Part shown: piece after piece, positions 17,067-25,647 of the stretch | Layout: every line of letters begins with the position of its first letter | How positions within the stretch are numbered: position 1 is the stretch's first letter | Assembly: GCF_000092105.1 (NCBI RefSeq) | Contig: NC_014148.1 | Coordinates: 3,900,001-3,932,000 of the forward strand | Direction: 5' to 3' | Length of the DNA: 32,000 nucleotides | DNA from: Planctopirus limnophila DSM 3776 | GTDB lineage: Bacteria; Planctomycetota; Planctomycetia; Planctomycetales; Planctomycetaceae | Made by a program: the position numbers and the translations under genes | The notes under the pieces: model-generated | Seen by the model: the letters and a program-made list of their open reading frames with translations, nothing else | What the model was told of the DNA's origin: nothing | The model's database searches: none

Positions 17067-18566
17067 TTATCGATAGATCTGGCAGATCCTAAGCAGACAC
17101 AACAGAGGGTCGTCCGCTGAAAGTTTATCTATCCGTTCTATAACCTCTGAATCAATTGGAACACAATCCTTGAGAACATTAAGAACCTGGAAATACTCTA
17201 ACTGTTGGTACAGGCAGAATCTCAGTAATCGAAAACGAAGTGACTGATAATAAAAATGCCACGATTTCAGTCCAGAACGAAGCACTGGGTCACGAATGAG
17301 ATGGCGACGGATCTCATCACCATCCAGAGCAATGTAATGACCACACTTACTTAACCACAGTTGTTCAATTTTGACTTTTATCGCCTGAAACCAAATAGTC
17401 CCCTTATCCCGCAATATTTCCAGACATAGAAGCGTATCCTGCGGATTAATCAATAACTGTAATAGAAGTTCGTCAACCATTTCATTCTGGAGCGTCTCAT
17501 TCTCGTATTCCATTTCAAAAGCGACTTTAAGGCACATTCGGCATAGAGATCGAACGGATTGTGATGCCTTCACGATAGATGGGTTCGTGAAACTCAGTTG
17601 CTCAGAGCTTATAAGAAGACAATCTGCACGATCCAAAAGATGATCACCATAAAACCCACTAACAGTAAACTCACTCAGAGCACTTTTACAGTGTTGAATA
17701 AGCTCGTCTTTCTGAACTGGTTCATAAACAATCAACATCTCCAATAAACAGACAATGATAGCTAACCAATAAGAACAGTCATCCACAAGCATTTCATCAA
17801 GTCGATGAAACTCTTGAATAACTATTTCGTCTTGATCCCTCTTAAAATACAACTGCCATCGCACTCGCAGAAGCTGTGTTTGAAGTGTACGAAACGCAGG
17901 ATCCAATATCAGCTTCCAAAAATCTCTTCCTGTGGTTAATTCGGGGTGATTCGAACACTCCCTCGTCAACAGCCGTTGAGACTGTAAGCTCAAGCCATAC
18001 TTCAATGCATAACTCAACAGCAGATTCAGAGATGTCGTCGATGAATCTAAATGCGGCTGAAGCGTCAGCAACCAGTATCTTTGCAGCATCTCCCGCTCAA
18101 TATGAGGATGAGTCAGACTTCTTCGCGAAAGAACTTCGTAAGCAAGATCGACTTTCCCGGATTTCGCCAATTGCCACGGATCACTATCAAGACATGACAG
18201 ATATGAATGATCTGCGTCCTTGACAGAAGCTTCCATACCTCTAAAAGCATCTTTTGAATCACACTCAAGGATAACTTCATCTTTAAATGGACGAATCATA
18301 TCAGGAGTCTGCATTTGCTCGCCGAGAAGAAGAGCAAAATCGTCTGATCGTTTTTTCGCATCAGCATAGGGAAGAAGTACCTCATACGCCTTCCGAATCT
18401 TCTGAAAGGCCTCAGCGTCGATTTCAGGCCGAAACCGCTTAATCAGCTTTGAATAGACCCGCTTTAGATCACCACTTGAAAATGATCGTCCCATCCCCAT
18501 TAACTCCCAGGGATTTTCTGGCCACTTCGAGAAATCATCAGGGAGCGAGTGAGCATCGGTACCCAT
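17067..18566 (-). CDS. J-domain-like protein, module 2 (HPD replaced by RPE), DjlB/DjlC-like size
   Basis: N-terminal NPWELMGMGRSFSSGDLKRVYSKLIKRFRPEIDAEAFQKIRKAYEVL aligns to DnaJ helices I-III (DYYEILGV...IRKAYKRLAMKYHPD...FKEIKEAYEVL), with RPE (18423-18431) at the HPD position. About 430 aa of helical C-terminal region is homologous to the paralog at 19767-21272 (EREMLQRYWLLTL, DPWQLAK and others). I prefer the ATG at 18566 over the GTG at 18578. Confidence 0.8.
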   Translation of the reverse strand: MGTDAHSLPDDFSKWPENPWELMGMGRSFSSGDLKRVYSKLIKRFRPEIDAEAFQKIRKAYEVLLPYADAKKRSDDFALLLGEQMQTPDMIRPFKDEVILECDSKDAFRGMEASVKDADHSYLSCLDSDPWQLAKSGKVDLAYEVLSRRSLTHPHIEREMLQRYWLLTLQPHLDSSTTSLNLLLSYALKYGLSLQSQRLLTRECSNHPELTTGRDFWKLILDPAFRTLQTQLLRVRWQLYFKRDQDEIVIQEFHRLDEMLVDDCSYWLAIIVCLLEMLIVYEPVQKDELIQHCKSALSEFTVSGFYGDHLLDRADCLLISSEQLSFTNPSIVKASQSVRSLCRMCLKVAFEMEYENETLQNEMVDELLLQLLINPQDTLLCLEILRDKGTIWFQAIKVKIEQLWLSKCGHYIALDGDEIRRHLIRDPVLRSGLKSWHFYYQSLRFRLLRFCLYQQLEYFQVLNVLKDCVPIDSEVIERIDKLSADDPLLCLLRICQIYR

Positions 18567-18665
18567 TATTACCTGCACGCCAGAGGCACCATCACATTAC
18601 GAAAACACAAACTAACTGCACCATACTGACACTAAGACTTGAACCACTATCAATCTGGGAAAGGA

Positions 18666-19472
18666 TCAACAAAGCCAGATAAACAGTACCGAACCTGCCA
18701 ACAAAATGATCGCAACAAAAACAACACAAGTCTTACTTACTACAAACTCCTTTTTGCGATGAGTCCAGGTGCCCCCCCATTCCGGATCAATGACATCAGG
18801 AAAATATTTGCGATGCCAATGGCTTGGATTGTCCGAATGTAATAACTCGCCAAACCAGTCTCCACCAAGCGATGCGAGCTTCGGATCAATCCTTCTCAAC
18901 TTTTGCGACTCAGCCTGCCACTCCATCGGCTTATCAAAGAATACATCGATTTTCTTGCGATAGAAGTCCCCCTTCTCGGTGGGCCACGTGACATACGAAT
19001 TCAGGATACATTTGCCCAAATACTTGAGGTGCACTGATCCGAGATGATTGATTTCAGAGTTGATATCGAGCCCGCGTTCAAGATGTTCCAGCAGTCGCTT
19101 CAAGCGTAGGTGTGGCTGACACAAAGGCCTCAACCGCTCATACTCCCGTTTACGATCCTTCGGAGGGTAACCTAAATAGCGAGAAAAGAAACTGCGAAGT
19201 TCCACCTCAACCTGGGCTTCATTGAGCTGCTCCCAGTGCGATCGATCAGTCGGCGTCCATAATGTCTCCGGCTTTCCCGCCAGATACTTAACGGCATGAT
19301 CTAATGCCTCATTACTTGTAAATCCAGATTTCTCCAACGCGCTTAAAGCAACGGCTTGTATATCATCCACTTCCGCTCCTGTTTCCAGGCCCAGAACAGA
19401 CCTCCCCCAGGCGAGATGGTGCTCATCGATCACAAAATTGTCTCTGGTTTCAGGTAGAGGATCGTTATCCAT
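18666..19472 (-). CDS. Tail-anchored hypothetical protein, module 2 (paralog of 21404-22210)
   Basis: 268 aa. A soluble, mostly helical body is followed by a single C-terminal TM helix (CVVFVAIILLAGSVLFIWLC) at the extreme end. Roughly half the residues are identical to the module-1 copy (AVKYLAG.PETLW, EYERL.PLC.PH.RLKRLL.HLERGL, TWPTEKG.FYR.KI, DP.LASLGG.WF.ELL). Confidence 0.75.
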   Translation of the reverse strand: MDNDPLPETRDNFVIDEHHLAWGRSVLGLETGAEVDDIQAVALSALEKSGFTSNEALDHAVKYLAGKPETLWTPTDRSHWEQLNEAQVEVELRSFFSRYLGYPPKDRKREYERLRPLCQPHLRLKRLLEHLERGLDINSEINHLGSVHLKYLGKCILNSYVTWPTEKGDFYRKKIDVFFDKPMEWQAESQKLRRIDPKLASLGGDWFGELLHSDNPSHWHRKYFPDVIDPEWGGTWTHRKKEFVVSKTCVVFVAIILLAGSVLFIWLC

Positions 19473-19766
19473 TCTGATGAACTTTCATGAATCGATAATT
19501 GAGATTGCTTTCAGCAAAGAACACTCCGACATGATTCCTTATACTATTACCTCAACTTCCCTCATCGCGCTGGTAAGTTTGTTGTCCACTCAACAAGGTT
19601 CTAGATTGCATTTTTTATAAAACTTACTGATCGTTGGGACTCTTTAACACTTTTCTACTTCACTCCCCGTAGTGTACCCTGCATTCAAGCTACATTACAA
19701 TCCGATAAATAGCGGCATATTCCCCATCATATAAGCTTGAGAAGACGATCATCGACAGGGCTCTTT

Positions 19767-21272
19767 CTAAATACCGATCTGACATGCCTGAACCAGGCTG
19801 CGCAGGGGTTTATCTTTGAGCAACATGTCGGCCCGGGGTGTTGTCGCTTTATTGGAGATTTCGATCATCTGCAGTACAGGGACCAGTTTTGTCATGTCAA
19901 TACAGTGCACGAGACAGAATCGCAGGACGCGTCCTCGCAATGAGTTGTAGCTGAATTGCGATGCGGACATCAGACCCATAAGAACCGTATCGCGCTGGGC
20001 CTCGCTTTTCAGTCCCTCAAATTCAAGGGCTTCGTACTGTGAATATTCTTCATACCAGAGTTGATAGATCGCTTGACTGAGTATCTGCAGCCAGGGTGCA
20101 CCTTTTTTCAACAGCTCATCCAGGCACATCAGTGAACTCTGCGGGTGATTCACAATCTGATCGATCAGTGGCAACAAAATCTCCCGCCTGCGCGGGCTTT
20201 CGATATGTTCCAACTCAGTAGCGACCTCCAGACAGCGACGATAAAGAAAACGGATCGATTTAGAGGTTCTGACGAGTGATGAAGGCGAGCGAAAGAAGTC
20301 ATGGTAATTCGATATCAGATAGTCTGCCCGATCAAACAATTCCTGTTGATGAACCCCTTGTGATTCCAATTCTTTCAGAAGGGTCTGGCAGCGGTCAAAC
20401 ATCGGCTGACGCAAACGGGGATGATAGACCACCACCAGTTCCAGCAGTTGGATCACAATCGTTAACCATTGAGCAGGATCGTCGAAATACTGCGATTCCA
20501 GTTCTTCAAACTCCTGCAGCACAACTTCATCGCCGTCGTCTTTGAGAAGCCCTTTCCACCTCAGACGTAACAACGAGAGACGGAAACTCTGGTTGTAGCG
20601 GCCTGAGATCAGCTTCCAGATCTGGTTTTTCATCGCCAGTTCCGGCCGGTTCGACACTTCAGCCAAGAGCAATCGCTCCACCTCATCACTCAATCGATAA
20701 GTGATGGCGAAATTCAGAAGTTGATCATAGGCCGTTGTCGAACGATCCAGCTCGGGATGAAGTGTCAGCAACCAGTAGCGCTGCAGCATTTCCCGCTCAA
20801 AATGAGGTCTCGTAAAACGTCTTCTGGCAAGTTCGGCATACGCCTTCTCATATTCACCCGCCTTCGCCAGTTGCCACGGATCGACATCTCGGTGAGCCTG
20901 CCGCCGATGGTGGGATCTCTGGGATGATGATTCATGTCCCGCGTCGTCATGTTCAGGAGTCTCGGCCGAATGATCTTCTGCCGAAGTGCCATCATCCTCG
21001 ACGGATTTCTCATCCGTTGTTTGAAGATGATTCCATATCAGATGGGCCACGGCGGCAGTGTCCGCATCGGCATCGGCGTAATGCTGCAAGGTTTCATACG
21101 CCTGCCTGACTTTTTGAAATGCTTCCGGTGCCGATTCGGGGCGATATCGTTTAATTAACCGCGAGTACGCCAGCTTTAACTCTTTTTTGGTAAATGATCT
21201 TTCCATCCCCAGAATCCGCCAGGGATCTTGAGGCCATTGGGAAACATCGTCCGGTAAAGAGTCCATATTCAT
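19767..21272 (-). CDS. J-domain-like protein, module 1 (HPD replaced by RPE), DjlB/DjlC-like size
   Basis: N-terminal DPWRILGMERSFTKKELKLAYSRLIKRYRPESAPEAFQKVRQAYETL has a J-domain helix II, loop and helix III pattern, with RPE (21135-21143; I verified the codons cgc ccc gaa on the minus strand). An acidic, His-rich linker is followed by a helical domain homologous to 17067-18566. Confidence 0.8.
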   Translation of the reverse strand: MNMDSLPDDVSQWPQDPWRILGMERSFTKKELKLAYSRLIKRYRPESAPEAFQKVRQAYETLQHYADADADTAAVAHLIWNHLQTTDEKSVEDDGTSAEDHSAETPEHDDAGHESSSQRSHHRRQAHRDVDPWQLAKAGEYEKAYAELARRRFTRPHFEREMLQRYWLLTLHPELDRSTTAYDQLLNFAITYRLSDEVERLLLAEVSNRPELAMKNQIWKLISGRYNQSFRLSLLRLRWKGLLKDDGDEVVLQEFEELESQYFDDPAQWLTIVIQLLELVVVYHPRLRQPMFDRCQTLLKELESQGVHQQELFDRADYLISNYHDFFRSPSSLVRTSKSIRFLYRRCLEVATELEHIESPRRREILLPLIDQIVNHPQSSLMCLDELLKKGAPWLQILSQAIYQLWYEEYSQYEALEFEGLKSEAQRDTVLMGLMSASQFSYNSLRGRVLRFCLVHCIDMTKLVPVLQMIEISNKATTPRADMLLKDKPLRSLVQACQIGI

Positions 21273-21403
21273 CAGTGATTTCAGTTGAATTGTTGTGAAT
21301 CGTCTTTACACGATCTGCCATAACTATATAGATCGCCGATCAATCTTCGCAGATCATTGTTTATCGAATTGTTATCATTCGACAGCACTCCTTGATGCGT
21401 CAG

Positions 21404-22210
21404 CTAGCGATTGATCAATACGGAAATCAGACTGATAACAAACAGGATCGCGGTGATCAGGCAGCCCCATTGATCAAAAAACGAAGCTTTTTGGGGTGTG
21501 ACCCACTGTAGCCCGGTATCTTTCTCTGCCAGATCTGGAAAGTGCATGCGGTACCAGTAGTGAGGATCCTGGATGTTGAGTAACTCCTGAAACCAGTTGC
21601 CTCCCAGAGAAGCCAGCCTGGGGTCTTGTCTTTTCAACATCTGCGCAGCAGCATGCCATTCGTTCGCTCGATCAAAGAGAACTACGATTTTCTCTCGATA
21701 GAAATGTCCCTTTTCGGTAGGCCAGGTGGTATAGGATCGGAGAATACAATCGCCCAGATACCGCTGATACTCTGTTCCCACATGATCGACATTGAGGCTG
21801 AGATTCAGCCCACGCTCAAGATGGTTCAGCAGACGTTTCAGTCGCGGATGAGGTTCGCACAAGGGCTTGAGCCTCTCGTACTCATGCTTTCTCAATTGCG
21901 GCGGAAGGCTGTAGTAGCGGCTGTAAAATTTACGAAGGACCTGCTCGGTTTCTTTTTCCGTGAGCTGCTGGGAATGTGCGTGGTCTGCGGCTGTCCATAA
22001 TGTCTCCGGCCCGCCCGCCAGATATTTCACGGCTCGGTCAAAATCGGCATGCCCTTCAAAATCGGCGGTTTCCAGAGTTTTTAAGGCCCGGGTCGCGCAG
22101 ACGGTGGCATCGAGGGAGGGTTCCAGATCGAGGTAATTTCTTGCCCAGGCTCGATGATGCTCTTCCACCTGCAGGCTCTTACTCGTCGGATGGAGAGGTT
22201 CCGTAGTCAC
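21404..22210 (-). CDS. Tail-anchored hypothetical protein, module 1 (paralog of 18666-19472)
   Basis: The track ORF runs to 22312, but that N-terminal extension lies inside the Hsp70 gene. The in-frame GTG at 22210 gives 269 aa and aligns residue-for-residue with the 268-aa paralog (His18-His19 in both). C-terminal TM helix CLITAILFVISLISVLI. An alternative GTG start lies at 22168. Confidence 0.72.
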   Translation of the reverse strand: MTTEPLHPTSKSLQVEEHHRAWARNYLDLEPSLDATVCATRALKTLETADFEGHADFDRAVKYLAGGPETLWTAADHAHSQQLTEKETEQVLRKFYSRYYSLPPQLRKHEYERLKPLCEPHPRLKRLLNHLERGLNLSLNVDHVGTEYQRYLGDCILRSYTTWPTEKGHFYREKIVVLFDRANEWHAAAQMLKRQDPRLASLGGNWFQELLNIQDPHYWYRMHFPDLAEKDTGLQWVTPQKASFFDQWGCLITAILFVISLISVLINR

Positions 22211-23933
22211 CTTGTTCGCCTTCAAAGGAATCGAATGCCTTGAGAAATGCTCCCAGTTCTTCAGCAAAGAGTTTGATCTGTGCCTGATCCTGAGATTCCA
22301 GTACCTCTTCAAACCCCGTGATCAGTTGATCCAGGCGGTTTCGCTCACGATGGGGAAGTTCCATATAGAGTCGCTCGGCCCATTTAAGCAGTAGCCGGTT
22401 CTCTTCTTCATCGCGAGGATGAGCCTTTAAAGCCTGCATCTTATCGAGAGCCGTTTTCATCTGACTTTCGCTCAGATTTTTCATATGGCGGGTAAAGACC
22501 TGAGTGGCCCGCTTTTGTGTCTTCACAATCACCGCTTCGGCTTCGAGAATGCCATTGAGGTCATAAGTGAATCGAATATCAATTTCCTGTCCAGGTGGGC
22601 CGGGGGGAATACCAGTGACTTCGAAAGAACCCAATAGCTGGTTGTCTTTGACCAATCGGGATTCACCCTGATAGACCGAAACATTCACTTTGGATTGATT
22701 GGCCACACGGGTGGCCACGCGTTCGACCCGGCTGACAGGAATGGTTGTATTGCGATTGATGATCGGCAGGTAATAACCATCCCGATCTTCGCCACCAATT
22801 TCACGACAGATCTCCACGCCCATGGTAAAGGGAGCGACATCGGTCACGACAATTTCGGAAAGGCTCTCATGCCGATCCAGAATCCCGGCATTGACGGCGG
22901 CACCTAAAGCGACCACTTCATCGGGATTGATGGTGCAGCGTGTGGGTCTTTCGAACAGCTCTTCAATACGTTTAATAAGACTCGGCATGCGAGACGCACC
23001 GCCTGCCAGAATGACTTCGTCGATCTCCTGCCGTTTCAGCCCGGCATCGCCTAGCGCCCTGCGGATCGGGCTTAAAATGCGATCCAGCGTCGGTTTCGTC
23101 CAGAGGTCGAACATTTCCCGTGTGATCGCATAACGCGGTGCATCGGGCTCGATTTCTCCCTGACTGTTCGGCAGGCGAACTTCTGTTGACGCTTCATTTG
23201 TCAACCGGCGTTTGGCCTGTTCGCATTCCCGACGTAAGCGAGAAACTCGCAGTGGCTCCTGCATTTCGGTGTGTTCGAACTTCATCCCGGCCTGATTGAG
23301 AATCTGGGAGACACAGGCGTCGGTGAAATCTTCTCCACCCAAAAAGATCTCGCCGGCTGAAGCACGAATTTCAAGCACACCTTCAAACATTTCGACAATT
23401 GAAACGTCAAACGTGCCGCCACCTAAGTCGATAATCACGGCTGTCTTTTGAGAATCGGCTTCATGGAGACCGTACGCTATGGCTGCAGCCGTGGGCTCGT
23501 TGACAATCCGTTCAACCTTGAGACCTGCCATCTGACCGGCAGCAATCGTCGCTCGCCTCTGCTCTTCATTAAAGTAGGCAGGGACGGTAATCACAGCCGA
23601 CGTTACGGCTTCGCCCAGATAATGCTCGGCATCAGCGACCAGCGATCGAAGCACACAACTGGACAGATCGATCGCCGACATCTTGCGGCCAGCCAGAGTC
23701 ACGCTCCAGTCACTTCCCATGTAGCGTTTGAAAACGCTCGCGCAAAGATCCGGATGTGAGACCTGATACTCTTTGGCCGTCATTCCGACCAGCAGATGCT
23801 CGCCTTCAACCCCCACAACAGAAGGAGTCAGTTTCTGGCCAAGTGAATTCGGGATGAGCTTCGGGCCATCCGCCTCCATAATGGCAATGAGTGAATTGGT
23901 CGTTCCCAGATCAATGCCAACAATGCGACTCAT
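22179..23933 (-). CDS. hscC: Hsp70-family chaperone, HscC-type (584 aa, short C-terminal lid, no EEVD)
   Basis: GIDLGTTNSLIA (phosphate-1), FKRYMGS (catalytic Lys region), NEPTAAAIAYGLH, IDLGGGTFDVS (phosphate-2), FLGGEDFT, ILAGGASRMP (adenosine motif), SBD VTDVAPFTMGVEI, ERNTTIPVSRVE and VYQGE. Length and motif variants match my recollection of E. coli HscC rather than DnaK or HscA. The gene symbol is by family resemblance only. Confidence 0.9.
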   Translation of the reverse strand: MSRIVGIDLGTTNSLIAIMEADGPKLIPNSLGQKLTPSVVGVEGEHLLVGMTAKEYQVSHPDLCASVFKRYMGSDWSVTLAGRKMSAIDLSSCVLRSLVADAEHYLGEAVTSAVITVPAYFNEEQRRATIAAGQMAGLKVERIVNEPTAAAIAYGLHEADSQKTAVIIDLGGGTFDVSIVEMFEGVLEIRASAGEIFLGGEDFTDACVSQILNQAGMKFEHTEMQEPLRVSRLRRECEQAKRRLTNEASTEVRLPNSQGEIEPDAPRYAITREMFDLWTKPTLDRILSPIRRALGDAGLKRQEIDEVILAGGASRMPSLIKRIEELFERPTRCTINPDEVVALGAAVNAGILDRHESLSEIVVTDVAPFTMGVEICREIGGEDRDGYYLPIINRNTTIPVSRVERVATRVANQSKVNVSVYQGESRLVKDNQLLGSFEVTGIPPGPPGQEIDIRFTYDLNGILEAEAVIVKTQKRATQVFTRHMKNLSESQMKTALDKMQALKAHPRDEEENRLLLKWAERLYMELPHRERNRLDQLITGFEEVLESQDQAQIKLFAEELGAFLKAFDSFEGEQGDYGTSPSDE

Positions 23934-24174
23934 ATCGTCTCTATCTGATCCTGTCAGTACTCACCACAGCCTTGAATCTCACGAGATTCTGCGGCAAAGG
24001 ACACACCGGCAGGCAACAGGTTCCAGAAGAAACCGTGTCCCAAAGTCGACTGGCGACTGACCCTGCGCCCACTTGTTACTTGAGGCTAATCTTCAGAGAA
24101 CGGTCATCGCAAGATGCTTTTGATTCCTCTGGCCTGGAAGTTGAACTCCAGCGGTAGGCGGGATGCGGTTGAAA

Positions 24175-25497
24175 TCAGGCAATCCATTCAAAAGAGTGGA
24201 GTTCTTCGCCCTGCCTGTTGATCCAGGTGGCAGTCAGTTTGGGTTGGCTTTCCAGATTGCTGGCAACGAGCTTGAGGAACACATTCGGAGCGGGTTTGCT
24301 CCAGACACGGGCTGGATGCTGCACATCGAGCGAAGGGATGACCGAAGCGTGCATCGGCGAAACAACACATTCGTGGAGTGGATAACCGACTCGCTCCGGC
24401 CCATAAATATGATGCCGGCTGACATGGATATCTCCCGAGATTAGCATGACGCCGCTGATCTGCTGCTGCTTAATCCAGGCAAAGAGTGCTTCGCGCTCGG
24501 CACTGTAGGTCTCCCAGTGATCTTTCTCTTTGTTCCCCTTGGGATACCAGACCATGCCGGTACAAAGAATTTTGAATGGGGCCGTCGAAGCCTTCAATGT
24601 TCGCTGAAGCCAATTCCACTGCGCTTGGCCCAGGCAGGTCTTTTGTGCCGGGTCGGCCCAGGAACTGGCTGTCTGTGAGAACCAGCGATCATCAATCAGC
24701 CAGACTTCGACAGGCCCTCGGCGAAACGAGGTATAGATCCCCTCGTCGTTTTCTCCGTAATTTGCCAGAGCGTTGTATTCGAGGAACGCCTGGCGGATAT
24801 CTTCCTTTTTCGGCATCAGTCCATCGGAATCATTCTTGCCGAAGTCGTGGTCATCCCAGGTGTTCCAGAAGGGGATTTTCGTAGCGAGCATTCTGAGGGT
24901 GGGGAGTGTCCCCCAGAACTTTCGCCGGGCGAGTCGGTTCCTGCTGAGGTCGTTGGTATCGATGTAAGGGGTATCGCCCAACAGGCAGAAGCCATCAACT
25001 TGATGAGCGGCGATCTGGCTCCATAAATCATCGAACTCGGTGCTCGACACACAGGAACCCAGCCCCAGCGTGATTGTGGCAGGCGTTTCGGGTGCTACGG
25101 GTGTCGTGAAGGTGAACTTTCCATCAAAGTTATCAGGACCGAACAGTGAGGTTGAACCCGTGGTCACCAACTGGCCGCGATAGGTCGTACCGGGCTGGAG
25201 GTTCTGCAGAGAGAAGGTCACACAATCATCGTGAACTTTCTCGGGAGCCGATTCCAATTGCTGTATTCTCTGCCCTTGTGCATTCTCGAGGCTCAGGCGA
25301 ACGGATGTCGCACCAGGAGCGCGGCAGAATAAGTAGGCTTGACGATGATCAATATGCCCCAACACAGGCCCGATGACTTCGCGAATGGGCTGATCGGCAG
25401 CCAGCAAAGGATTGACGCCTGTGGCCACAACCAAAGTGCCCGCAGCGGTCATAAACTCTCGGCGATTCCACCCGGCTGAAATTGTTGCATTCGTCAT
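24175..25497 (-). CDS. phoD: Tat-exported PhoD-like alkaline phosphatase / metallophosphatase
   Basis: Twin-arginine signal NRREFMTAAGTLVVATG. PhoD-type metallophosphatase motifs GDTPYID, WDDHDF and SGDIHVS. Confidence 0.88.
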   Translation of the reverse strand: MTNATISAGWNRREFMTAAGTLVVATGVNPLLAADQPIREVIGPVLGHIDHRQAYLFCRAPGATSVRLSLENAQGQRIQQLESAPEKVHDDCVTFSLQNLQPGTTYRGQLVTTGSTSLFGPDNFDGKFTFTTPVAPETPATITLGLGSCVSSTEFDDLWSQIAAHQVDGFCLLGDTPYIDTNDLSRNRLARRKFWGTLPTLRMLATKIPFWNTWDDHDFGKNDSDGLMPKKEDIRQAFLEYNALANYGENDEGIYTSFRRGPVEVWLIDDRWFSQTASSWADPAQKTCLGQAQWNWLQRTLKASTAPFKILCTGMVWYPKGNKEKDHWETYSAEREALFAWIKQQQISGVMLISGDIHVSRHHIYGPERVGYPLHECVVSPMHASVIPSLDVQHPARVWSKPAPNVFLKLVASNLESQPKLTATWINRQGEELHSFEWIA

Positions 25498-25647
25498 TAC
25501 TGAATCCCGATCTTGTGCGAGCAGTTACCAGGTGATGTTTGAGAGTGCCAATCAACCAATGTTATGACAGCGATCATGCTCGGGGACGATGAAAAATCGA
25601 TTAAAGAGACAAAAAATTTCCTAAAAATCACAGACTAGCCACTCATC

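Noticed and set aside
23934-24174. Search for CIRCE (TTAGCACTC-N9-GAGTGCTAA) or sigma32-type (CTTGAA...CCCCAT) elements upstream of the Hsp70 gene
   Set aside because: Neither element is present on the relevant strand. Only a 6-bp dyad (GAATCT-CACG-AGATTC) was seen, which is too short to interpret.
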